Below, one piece after another: positions 51,025 to 59,480 of a stretch of 64,000 bases of DNA. The notes under the pieces are model-generated. The model was given only the letters and a program-made list of their open reading frames with translations. It made no database searches and was not told where the DNA came from. Source of the DNA: an uncultured delta proteobacterium (GTDB lineage Bacteria; Desulfobacterota; Binatia; UBA9968); NCBI GenBank assembly GCA_963727625.1, contig CAVSHR010000009.1:64001-128000 (forward strand), read 5' to 3'. The number at the start of each line of letters is the position of its first letter. Positions within the stretch are counted from its first letter, which is position 1. The position numbers were made by a program, and so were the translations under genes.

Positions 51025-52146
51025 ATGGCAAAAAACGGTTTTAAGATCCTCGATAGCGATATGCACATCATGGAACCGCCGGATCTCTGGGAGCGCTACA
51101 TCGATCGGAAATTCAAAGCGCGCGCGCCGCGCGGGGTGACCAGCAGTAACGTGCGCGACCTCCGCATGGTCTATCCGGACGGCCGGGATTGGGCGCGCAC
51201 CACGACCCGGAAAAATGATTCGGCGCGCGGCCACAACTTCGAACGCAACCAGAGCGTTTATCGCGCCGACGCCGAGCGCGGCTGGACGCCGCAAATTCAG
51301 CTGGAAGCTATGGACATCGAGGGCATCGATGTCGCCGTGCTCTATCCGACGCGCGGCCTGCGCGCGCTCGTCGTCGAGGACATGGATGCGGAGTTCGCCG
51401 CCGCACTGGCGCGAGCTTACAACGATTGGCTCCATGATTTTTGCAAATTGGCGCCCAATCGTCTGATCGGCTCCGGGATGATTTCGCCTTACGACATGAA
51501 TGATGCAATCTCGGAAGCGCGCCGTTGTGCCGAGCAACTCGGTTTTCGCGCGGTATTTCTTCGCGCCAATCCCTTGGTTAACCATCAGTGGCATGACGAC
51601 TACTACACGCCGCTGTGGAACGCTTTGGAGGGGTTAAATCTCGCCCTGGGATTTCACGAATCCACCGGCACCGGCAAGCGGCAGATCGGCGAGCGGCTGG
51701 AACCGAATCTGATGCTGCGCCGAGTCTATGCGCAACCGATGGAGCAAATGTTGGCGCTCGGCAGTTTTTGCGCCGGCGGCGTGCTGGCGCGTCACCCGCG
51801 GCTGCGGGTAGCTTTCTTGGAAGCCAACTGCAGCTGGCTACCGTGGTTGCTATGGCGCTTGGATGAGGGCTGGGAACGCGAAGGGGATGTTTGGGCCCCT
51901 GACTTAAAAGCAGCGCCGAGCGAATATTTTAAACGGCAGTGCGTGGTGTCCGTGGAGCCGGACGAGACCACGGTCAAACAAGCGATCGATTATCTTGGCG
52001 GCAGAGGCATTGTGTTTTCCACCGACTATCCGCATGGCGATTCGAAATATCCGGAAGCGGTGAATCATTTTTTGAAACTGCCGATCACCGAGTCTGACAA
52101 ACGGAAGATCCTCTGGGACAATTGCGCGGCCTATTACGCAATGTAA
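51025..52146 (+). CDS. Amidohydrolase_2 family protein
   Basis: DSDMHIMEP, GIDVAVLYPT, FHE, FSTDYPHGD. Confidence 0.92.
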   Translation: MAKNGFKILDSDMHIMEPPDLWERYIDRKFKARAPRGVTSSNVRDLRMVYPDGRDWARTTTRKNDSARGHNFERNQSVYRADAERGWTPQIQLEAMDIEGIDVAVLYPTRGLRALVVEDMDAEFAAALARAYNDWLHDFCKLAPNRLIGSGMISPYDMNDAISEARRCAEQLGFRAVFLRANPLVNHQWHDDYYTPLWNALEGLNLALGFHESTGTGKRQIGERLEPNLMLRRVYAQPMEQMLALGSFCAGGVLARHPRLRVAFLEANCSWLPWLLWRLDEGWEREGDVWAPDLKAAPSEYFKRQCVVSVEPDETTVKQAIDYLGGRGIVFSTDYPHGDSKYPEAVNHFLKLPITESDKRKILWDNCAAYYAM

Positions 52147-52166
52147 ACCGCGCCGACTGTTGGAAA

Positions 52167-52204
52167 TCGCGGAGCCGCTCCGATTTTCCGGAGTGGCTCC
52201 GCGA
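52167..52204. terminator. Hairpin between convergent genes
   Basis: TCGCGGAGCCGCTCCG-ATTTTC-CGGAGTGGCTCCGCGA. Confidence 0.7.
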
Positions 52205-52209
52205 CGAAT

Positions 52210-52320
52210 TTATCGGCGGTAGTAGCTGTCGGAATAATTATGCCGGCGATGACCCCAGTGACAGCCCGCCACCGTGATCAGCCCGAAAGTTAACAGGGCA
52301 AATAGAGCCATGGTTTTCAT
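52210..52320 (-). CDS. 36-aa lipoprotein-like small protein, absent from the ORF track
   Basis: AAAGGAG RBS; MKTMALFALLTFGLITVAG-CHWGHRRHNYSDSYYRR with lipobox VAGC. Confidence 0.7.
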   Translation of the reverse strand: MKTMALFALLTFGLITVAGCHWGHRRHNYSDSYYRR

Positions 52321-52403
52321 ATTCTCTCCTTTCTCCGCGGTCCGGTTCGCCTAGACTTCACCGAAGCATTTCGTCCACGAATCTTGTTTCCTGCCTCTGT
52401 CTT

Positions 52404-52433
52404 TTTAGACGAACGCGGCAAGCGTTTGTGACA
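52404..52433 (-). promoter_or_regulatory. Candidate ECF promoter of the small lipoprotein
   Basis: TGTCAC-N16-CGTCTAAA. Confidence 0.6.
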
Positions 52434-52740
52434 ATCACAAATCAGATGATTAACGGAAACCCTGGAGAGATAAACGCCATGAATCAATTTGTTGCCGATA
52501 AAATAGCCGGGTGTTGACCCGGCGCTTTTGGAAATGGGTAAGAGGGTTCGAAAACCAAGACAAGAACTGCGACGGGAATTTTACCGGCGAGTCACAAAGC
52601 CGCATCGAGCCCGGCGACAATGCAAAACGCACCGCCGGCCGCAGAGTGAGTCGAACTGCCGCAAGACCATGAATCAGCGGCGCCACCGCAGCAACCAAGA
52701 ATCACGATTCCCTATGGGTCTGTACGGTGAGGTGAAAGGC

Positions 52741-53031
52741 TCAATCTCGATCGCGGTCACGGTTGCGGTCGCGGTCGCGCCGCTCATCGTCGAAACGCTG
52801 TTTGAGTCGATCGCGTCGATCCTTCGGAAGATTCTGCCAACGATGCCACTCTTCGCGCAGGTGTTGTTTATCTTTGGGCGGAAGATCTTGCCAGCGTTGG
52901 TAGTTCCGCAAAATTCTGTCTTTTTCGCGCGGCGACAGATTGCGCCAATTGTCGCTTGCCGTCCACGCATTGTTGACGGCTAGGAGCAAAAACGATCCGA
53001 GAACTAAAATTGAAACAATTCGCTTTTTCAT
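52741..53031 (-). CDS. DUF3106-like secreted protein
   Basis: Signal peptide; WRNLSP/WQDLPP/WQNLPK repeats; RD-rich tail. Confidence 0.78.
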   Translation of the reverse strand: MKKRIVSILVLGSFLLLAVNNAWTASDNWRNLSPREKDRILRNYQRWQDLPPKDKQHLREEWHRWQNLPKDRRDRLKQRFDDERRDRDRNRDRDRD

Positions 53032-53060
53032 CGCGTGATCTACTCGCTGTTTACATCCAG

Positions 53061-53621
53061 CTAGGCTACGCCATTTCCCAATCCAGCTCGGCTGGAGTCG
53101 CTGATCGGCGCGTCTGTAGTCTGGTCGTCTTGAGCCTCCAGTTTGCTCAGTGACTCGAGGATGTCCATGGACTCGAAAAATTCCAACTGGCTTCTATCGG
53201 TTATAATCTCCTGGGGAATTTGTTCCTGTCGCGGTTCAACAAACAGCTTGAGGTTTCCTTTGCCAAATACCAGGCCGATAACCAGTACCGCTACCGCAAC
53301 CGTGCCGAAGGCCGGCACCAGCCAAGTCCGCATCGGCGGAAACAGAGATTGCCACCAGGACTTTTGCTCGTCCTGCTCGGCCAGTTTAGACAGCGTTTCG
53401 CGGTAGTAATTATCCCAGAAAGTTTGCGGCATCTCCTCGGCGCGGGTTATCTGCGGCAGCAAACCGCGCAGATCGTCAAGAAAACGCCGGCAGGAATGGC
53501 AACCGGAAAGATGCTTTTCCACGTGGCGCCGCTCGTCCTCGCTGTTCTCGCCGTAGTAGTGGAGAACTAGATCCTCTTCGTATTGCTTGCAGGCGCTTTC
53601 CAGCGGCTCGATGGTATTCAT
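53061..53621 (-). CDS. Zinc-finger (HxxxCxxC) membrane anti-sigma factor
   Basis: HLSGCHSC and a single TM, downstream of the ECF sigma. Confidence 0.88.
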   Translation of the reverse strand: MNTIEPLESACKQYEEDLVLHYYGENSEDERRHVEKHLSGCHSCRRFLDDLRGLLPQITRAEEMPQTFWDNYYRETLSKLAEQDEQKSWWQSLFPPMRTWLVPAFGTVAVAVLVIGLVFGKGNLKLFVEPRQEQIPQEIITDRSQLEFFESMDILESLSKLEAQDDQTTDAPISDSSRAGLGNGVA

Positions 53622-53632
53622 ATACTTTCTCC

Positions 53633-54208
53633 CTAAACGAACTCGACGAGACTTTGACGCAAGGCGGCGACCGCGCGATGGAGATATACGCGCACCGTAC
53701 CCTCCGTCGTTTTCATCACCTTGGCGACGTCCGCGATCGATAAACCTTGATGGTTTCTTAACAAAAAAGCCGTGCGTTGTTTCTTCGGCATATCTTCCAA
53801 GGTTTTGTCCACTCTTCTTTTGGTCTCACCGGCGATCGCATGTTGATCCGGCGCGAAGGTTGAGTCGGCGAACTGGCTTTGCTCCCCTGAGTCTTCGGTC
53901 ATTTTCTCAAGTGACTCCCAAACCACGCGGCGACGGCGACGGGCATAGTCTAAACAAATATTGACTACGATCCGGTAAAACCAAGTATAAAAGCTCGACC
54001 TCCCGTCAAACTGTTTAATATTCGCGAAGGCGCGCAGAAATGCATCCTGTGACAGATCCTTGGCCATCTCGGTATCGCGCGTGAAACCGAAGGCGATATG
54101 AAACGCCTTTTCCATATAGCGGCGCACGAGGATTTCGAAACACTCGCGCTTGCCTTGTTGAGACAAAGCGACCAGCTCTTCGTCGCGCAATTCTTGATGG
54201 TCGACCAT
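53633..54208 (-). CDS. ECF sigma factor
   Basis: DLSQDAFLRAF, FYTWFYRIVVNICLD, region 4 GTVRVYLHRA. Confidence 0.95.
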   Translation of the reverse strand: MVDHQELRDEELVALSQQGKRECFEILVRRYMEKAFHIAFGFTRDTEMAKDLSQDAFLRAFANIKQFDGRSSFYTWFYRIVVNICLDYARRRRRVVWESLEKMTEDSGEQSQFADSTFAPDQHAIAGETKRRVDKTLEDMPKKQRTAFLLRNHQGLSIADVAKVMKTTEGTVRVYLHRAVAALRQSLVEFV

Positions 54209-54246
54209 ATCTAACTCGCCGTGGGATCGATCACGCCTTACGAACC

Positions 54247-54277
54247 TTTAGACGCCAAATGACGGCAAAGGTTAACA
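54247..54277 (-). promoter_or_regulatory. Candidate autoregulatory ECF promoter
   Basis: GTTAAC-N16-CGTCTAAA. Confidence 0.62.
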
Positions 54278-54385
54278 GTCTGGTGAAATTTCGCCGGAGA
54301 AAGCTAAGGTGTCAAAAATAGAAAGGAATACTGCAAGAAGCAGTATCCCCGGCCGACCAGGGAACGAGGGCCAGGAATGACGGCG

Positions 54386-54823
54386 TTACTGGCCGGTCGA
54401 CAGGGCGATGACGTCTTCGATAATGTCGAGAATCCGGTTGGTGCGCCGGTCGAGCAGAATTACGTCCCGTTCCACGATTACCCGCTCCCAATAGTCAGGT
54501 AGCCGCGGCAACCGCCGGCTCAAGTCGCCTGGTAGAGGTTCGAGCCGTTTCTGTAGGCCAGGCGGCAACTGACCATTTTTTTCCAGATGTTTTTGCAGCC
54601 CCGGCGGAAGATTACCGCCGCGCTTGGCCAACCCCGGGGGCAGCCCCTTCGATTTACCTTTCTTCTTTTTTTCGGGACGATAGTATTCCTTAATAATGCG
54701 CCGCTCGTCATCGAGAAAATGCGCCGGCCTATCACGATCCCGTGCCTGTACCGGCCCGCGTTCCAACAGGGTCGCAGCGCTGGCAAGCGAAAATAGGATG
54801 AAGGCTCGTCTCTGCTTAATCAC
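54386..54823 (-). CDS. Exported LPPGL-repeat protein (RcnB-like)
   Basis: RRAFI twin-arginine-like leader; LPPGLAKR/LPPGLQK three times. Confidence 0.7.
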   Translation of the reverse strand: MIKQRRAFILFSLASAATLLERGPVQARDRDRPAHFLDDERRIIKEYYRPEKKKKGKSKGLPPGLAKRGGNLPPGLQKHLEKNGQLPPGLQKRLEPLPGDLSRRLPRLPDYWERVIVERDVILLDRRTNRILDIIEDVIALSTGQ

Positions 54824-54862
54824 GCGAATTCGCCTCCCGTAGGTAAATATATGCTAGTCTAA

Positions 54863-55792
54863 CTATTTGTTGTGGCCTTTTCCATTTGCCACACCGTTAC
54901 CGTTGCCACCACCAGCCGAGACGATGCCGCCGTTCGCGCCGGCAGCGTTGCCGGAACCGGTGAAAATGCTGCTCCGATTGAGGCCGTAGGCGTTGCCATT
55001 ACCTTTGCCGGCGGCCGAGACAATTCCCGCGCCCGAGCCCTTGCCGCTGGAAATACCGTTTGAAGCGCCGCCGTTCGCCTTGCCGCTCGCCGAAACAATA
55101 CCGCGGTTGGACGAACCATTGGCCTTTCCGCTTGCAGTCTTCACACCGCTGCTTTTTGAAGCGGCGGCAGTCGTACTGGCCAAACTCCGATTAGCGCTCT
55201 TCATACTGGACATCACCGGCCCCAGCTTGAAGCCAAGTTTCTGCGCGATCTGCCCCCACCCCATCTTTTGACTGCGCATGGTGAGAATGCCCTGCAGATT
55301 GGATGTCGTCGTCGTAGCCGTGACACCGCTACCGGTCGTCTGGGTGATCGTGCCGCCGGTTAGCGCCGCCTGCAACTGTTCCGGAGTCGGCTGGGTAATA
55401 GGAGGATCTAAGCTAGCGAGCTGCTGTTTGGCCAGCGCAAGCGAGATGTAGACATTGCCGAATCCAATGGGTCCCGTCGGCGGGGCAATCACGGTCGTAG
55501 TTATCGTAGTTACCGGCAACCCACCCGGGATCGGACTTGGCGTTGTGGTCGTCGAAGTTAAATTAATCGGCGTGCCGTTACGCAGTCCGGTTACTACGGC
55601 ATTTGCATCGGAGCCGAGAAACGAATTGAAATCGCTACTAATCTTGTTGGTCACGTTAGTCTGACCCGGGCTCGAGGTTACATTATTCATCGTCGTGACC
55701 TGGTTGTTTAACTCCCCGGCCGTTTGGGCAAATGCCAAACCGGGCGCGCCGGCGACTAGTCCAAAAGTCAAAGCGATCGCAGAAATCTTCAT
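54863..55792 (-). CDS. Secreted Thr/Gly/Ser-rich hypothetical protein
   Basis: Signal peptide (AFA), MGWGQIAQKLG motif, repeated ASGKANG/GIVSA units. Confidence 0.8.
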   Translation of the reverse strand: MKISAIALTFGLVAGAPGLAFAQTAGELNNQVTTMNNVTSSPGQTNVTNKISSDFNSFLGSDANAVVTGLRNGTPINLTSTTTTPSPIPGGLPVTTITTTVIAPPTGPIGFGNVYISLALAKQQLASLDPPITQPTPEQLQAALTGGTITQTTGSGVTATTTTSNLQGILTMRSQKMGWGQIAQKLGFKLGPVMSSMKSANRSLASTTAAASKSSGVKTASGKANGSSNRGIVSASGKANGGASNGISSGKGSGAGIVSAAGKGNGNAYGLNRSSIFTGSGNAAGANGGIVSAGGGNGNGVANGKGHNK

Positions 55793-55812
55793 AAACTTTC
55801 CTCCAAAGGTGC

Positions 55813-56241
55813 TCAGCCCACACCCAAAGCTCGTTCCGTTTGAATGATAATTTCAGTGGCCGTGGCCCGGTCTTTAAAAAACAATCCTTGCTTCGCCACC
55901 GTGCGGATCCGGGTTGTCCGAGGACTGATCCTTTCCAATTCGATCTCGATCTCACGATCCAAGGTCACAGCCTTGATCGCTTTCCCCTGTTCGATCTTTG
56001 AAGTCGCTTCGATCTTGATGCCCATGCGATCCAGAGCCGTTCGGGTTGCGGTTTCCACCTGCGGCAACGGGGCTGTGAAGGTGCGATACGCTATGCCATC
56101 CAACGTGTATGCCACCGAGGTGCCGGTCGTGACCCCCGCACCCACGCCGAACAGCGTCAAACCGACGCCCGCGCAACTTTGCAAGAGGAGAAGTGAAGTG
56201 AGAAAAACGACCCCACGGAATCGATGGTTTAGGTTAGTCAT
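55813..56241 (-). CDS. DUF3568-like lipoprotein
   Basis: Lipobox LQSC, Gly-rich segment, C-terminal DRATATEII. Confidence 0.72.
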   Translation of the reverse strand: MTNLNHRFRGVVFLTSLLLLQSCAGVGLTLFGVGAGVTTGTSVAYTLDGIAYRTFTAPLPQVETATRTALDRMGIKIEATSKIEQGKAIKAVTLDREIEIELERISPRTTRIRTVAKQGLFFKDRATATEIIIQTERALGVG

Positions 56242-56417
56242 GGGACTAACCCTAGGCAATTAACGAGCCAACTCCTGCGAGATGGCTAATAACGGAAAGT
56301 TTGGAAGGATTTTGTCCTCGGGAGCGGTTTCTTGGGCGCTACCACAGCCAAAAATGTCAATCGATAGGTAATTTTTCCCTGGCTCGGGCCCGGGGCGTGA
56401 TCGCGGTTGGCAGCGGG

Positions 56418-57071
56418 CTAATGAGTGGTGATGCCGGTAATCTTGATGCTGCCGTGTTTGGACTTGTACTTGCGGTTGAGGGAAATGATGACGCCGGTAA
56501 GTCCTTCGATGACATAGGCGTTGCTGGCAGGCCCAGCGTCATAAGCCGTGGCGCCGATGCGCTGAATAATCTCCATCACTTTCTGCTTGGCTTCGGCGTT
56601 ATCGCCGCAAACCAGCACGTCGCCGAGCGGCGCATCGACGTCGCCCAAATCAACGGCAGAGATATTATGCAGCGCGCCGATCACCGGAGCTTCGTCGCCG
56701 ATGATCTGCTGCGCCTCCTGTAGTGCGGAGCCCGCCGCCGGCACGAACGGCTTTACTTTATTGAGCGGCACCACCGTGTTGATGACGATTTTACCCGCCA
56801 GTTGGCCTTTGAGATCGGTTACCATTGGCGCGTGACCTTCGTACGGCACTGCGATTACCACGAAATCGGCGTCCTTGACCGCCTCTCGATTGGTCCTGCC
56901 GATCATTTCGCCGAAGCGCAGTTTGGGCTGCAAGGTTGCGACGGCGTTCTTGGCCTTCTCCGCGTCACGTGAGCCGATGATAATTTTTACTCCAGGGGCG
57001 CTGAGCCTGAGCGCCAAGGCGCTGCCTAAATTGCCCGTGCCGCCGACGATCGCTACACTGAAATTTTCCAT
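56418..57071 (-). CDS. npdG: NADPH-dependent F420 reductase
   Basis: GGTGNLG, IGSR, VPYEGH, DVLVCGD; located in the cof operon. Confidence 0.9.
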   Translation of the reverse strand: MENFSVAIVGGTGNLGSALALRLSAPGVKIIIGSRDAEKAKNAVATLQPKLRFGEMIGRTNREAVKDADFVVIAVPYEGHAPMVTDLKGQLAGKIVINTVVPLNKVKPFVPAAGSALQEAQQIIGDEAPVIGALHNISAVDLGDVDAPLGDVLVCGDNAEAKQKVMEIIQRIGATAYDAGPASNAYVIEGLTGVIISLNRKYKSKHGSIKITGITTH

Positions 57072-57087
57072 ATTTTTTTATCCGGTG

Positions 57088-57840
57088 CTAACGAAAAAGA
57101 TCCTCTGTCTCGGGACGCAGGAGCTCTTTCACCGAACCTTCCTCCTTTTTGTCAATTTCATAGCCGCGCACGACGACGACTGGAACACCGTCGCGTTTAC
57201 CCATGACCAATTCCGCCGCAGCGGCAATTTCATCGGCGATCGCCGCTACCGCAGCCTTGAGTCGATAGCCGTAACGGTCGTTCAATCCTCTTTCGTCTTT
57301 GATCGCACCCATACCGGCAATGCCGACGGCGACGTCCACCGTGCCAAGACGCCAAGTCCGGCCGAAGCTGTCGCTGATAATCACAGCGGGTGATTTACCA
57401 GTGCAATTGGCGATGGTATCGCGAATCGCGCGCGCCGAACCATCCGGGTCGATCGGCAGCAAAGCGACTCGGCGCAACCCAATGTTGGATTGATCCACGC
57501 CGGCATTGGCGCAGACAAATCCATGGTGCGTTTCGACGATCAGAGCCCGGCCGCCGGTGCGAATCACTCTACGGCTTTCGCCGAGGATGACCTCGACCAG
57601 TTCCGGCTCTTTATCCAACTGTTCGGCCAACTCACGCGCCCGCTCCGACGGCGTTACGTCATCGAGACAGACCATACGTCCTTCGCTTTTGGAAACAATT
57701 TTCTGGGCGACCACTAAAACATCATCGTCGGCCAGCGCAAGCTCCTGGCGCGCGCAGGCGTCGCAGATCAGCGCGCCGATGGAATCACCGGCGTTGATTT
57801 CACCGATGCCTTCCACGCCGATCAACTCAAGCCGCTTCAT
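57088..57840 (-). CDS. cofE: Coenzyme F420-0:L-glutamate ligase
   Basis: QKIVSKSEGR, CANAGVDQSN, SDSFGRTWR, ADEIAAAA. Confidence 0.95.
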   Translation of the reverse strand: MKRLELIGVEGIGEINAGDSIGALICDACARQELALADDDVLVVAQKIVSKSEGRMVCLDDVTPSERARELAEQLDKEPELVEVILGESRRVIRTGGRALIVETHHGFVCANAGVDQSNIGLRRVALLPIDPDGSARAIRDTIANCTGKSPAVIISDSFGRTWRLGTVDVAVGIAGMGAIKDERGLNDRYGYRLKAAVAAIADEIAAAAELVMGKRDGVPVVVVRGYEIDKKEEGSVKELLRPETEDLFR

Positions 57841-58526
57841 AGGCTCTCGGAGCGCCTATGGCCTCGCGCCACTTGTTCCGCCATCAACCGCCGCGCCACC
57901 CGCGTCGCTTCGCCATCGGCGAGATCATAGGTCAAAAACCGTTCGAGATCTTTCGGTTCGTCTATATCGAGCGCGATATGCTCGTTCTCGAAGCAACGGA
58001 CCGGCAATCCCTGGGCGCGCACCTGAGCCAGGTGAAAATTGAAACTGTCGTGGCCGAAGCGCAGCTCAATGATGTCCGGCGGCGCCAGCAGCAGCGCATT
58101 GGTACCCAAGCGGTCATGGGACGGCACGAGCATAGCAAAGGGCGCCGATGCATCATCGGGAACTTGCGCCATAACCACTTCCAGATCTGCGGCACGCACC
58201 AACGGCATGTCGCCGGGGATGATCATTACGCCCTCGCACCCCGCCCGCTTCAATTCCAAACGGGCGAAATCCACCGCGCCGGTCTCGCCGGTTTCCGCGC
58301 TCTCCCGAATCACTTCAGCGCCGGCGGTTAAAGCCATGCTGGCGACCTTGTCGTCGCCGGTCACAACGAAAGTTGCGGCGATGCCCCGCACCATCCTTGC
58401 CTGGGTCAAAACATCGTGGAACATCGCTTTAGCCAAAAGTTCGCGCGCGGCGCAGCTCAGGATCGGGCTCAAGCGCTGCTTCGCGTTGCGGAAGCCTTTA
58501 ACGGGAATCAATGCGACAACATTCAT
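57837..58526 (-). CDS. cofC: 2-phospho-L-lactate/PEP guanylyltransferase
   Basis: IPVKGFRNAKQRLS, PGDMP, GTNALL, DIDEPKDL. Confidence 0.93.
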   Translation of the reverse strand: MNVVALIPVKGFRNAKQRLSPILSCAARELLAKAMFHDVLTQARMVRGIAATFVVTGDDKVASMALTAGAEVIRESAETGETGAVDFARLELKRAGCEGVMIIPGDMPLVRAADLEVVMAQVPDDASAPFAMLVPSHDRLGTNALLLAPPDIIELRFGHDSFNFHLAQVRAQGLPVRCFENEHIALDIDEPKDLERFLTYDLADGEATRVARRLMAEQVARGHRRSESL

Positions 58527-58553
58527 GGGCAGTCCGAAAACAGATTCTCTAGA

Positions 58554-59480
58554 CTATTTTTCGCCTGCGGCCAAGACCTGCCGCGCCAAGCGCTGTTTGT
58601 CGACGCCGGTCGGCATGCGAATACCCGTGCAAACCGGGTTGATTTTCAGATCTCTGATCTGCGGCGCCGACTCGGCGTCTTCATCCGCGATCAGCAGCGT
58701 ATCGAGAAAATCGCCGTAACCTCGCGCCACGCCCAGCGCCGAAGCTTCGAAGCCGCACGCGATCATCAATTTGTGCGCCGGGCCGGAGATCGCCGCCGTC
58801 CCGATAATCGGGCTTACTCCGACCACTGGTACACTCGCTTCCTGCAACGCCGCCCGGATTCCCGGCACCGCGAGAATCGGGCCGATGCTGGTGATCGGAT
58901 TGCTCGGGCAAATGATAATTGCGTCGGCGCGCTGGATCGCCTCGAGGACGCCCGGGCCGGGCCGGCTTTGCTCAGCGCCGAGAAATCGAACCGCCTGCAC
59001 CTCCGGCGACCAGCGCTGTTTGACAAAGAACTCTTGAAAGGAAATTTCTCCTTGCGGCGTCTCGACGCTGGTTTCGACTCGCTCATCCGACATCGGCAAA
59101 ATTTGCGACCGGACGGCGAGTGCGCGGCGAATCTGTTCGCTGATTTCGGAAAGCTTTCGGCCTTCTTTCAACAAGCGGGTTCGAGTGATATGCGTCGCCA
59201 GATCTTTGTCACCGAGATTAAACCACGGATCGTCACCCAAGAGACGCAGTTGCTCCAACACCGCGAAGGTATCGCCCTTGATTCCCCATCCTTTTTCGGT
59301 ATCGCTCAGGCCGGCGAGTGTGTACGTAATCGTGTCGATGTCGGGTGAAATATGCAGGCCGTGAAAGACGCAATCGTCGCCGGTGTTGCAGACAATCATC
59401 AACTCCGACGGATCGACGACCGCGGCGAGCCCTTCGACCAGCTTGGCGCCGCCGGTGCCGCCGGTGAGCGCGACGATCAT
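58554..59480 (-). CDS. cofD: 2-phospho-L-lactate transferase
   Basis: GGTGGAKL, NTGDD, SPDIDT, WFNLGDKDLATH, PSNPITSIGPIL; TGATG overlap with cofG. Confidence 0.96.
   Translation of the reverse strand: MIVALTGGTGGAKLVEGLAAVVDPSELMIVCNTGDDCVFHGLHISPDIDTITYTLAGLSDTEKGWGIKGDTFAVLEQLRLLGDDPWFNLGDKDLATHITRTRLLKEGRKLSEISEQIRRALAVRSQILPMSDERVETSVETPQGEISFQEFFVKQRWSPEVQAVRFLGAEQSRPGPGVLEAIQRADAIIICPSNPITSIGPILAVPGIRAALQEASVPVVGVSPIIGTAAISGPAHKLMIACGFEASALGVARGYGDFLDTLLIADEDAESAPQIRDLKINPVCTGIRMPTGVDKQRLARQVLAAGEK

Noticed and set aside
50795-51139. ORFs containing APDSKSGRGNPVRVQVPPPAP here and at 37297
   Set aside because: Translations of the tRNA and its att duplicate, not proteins.
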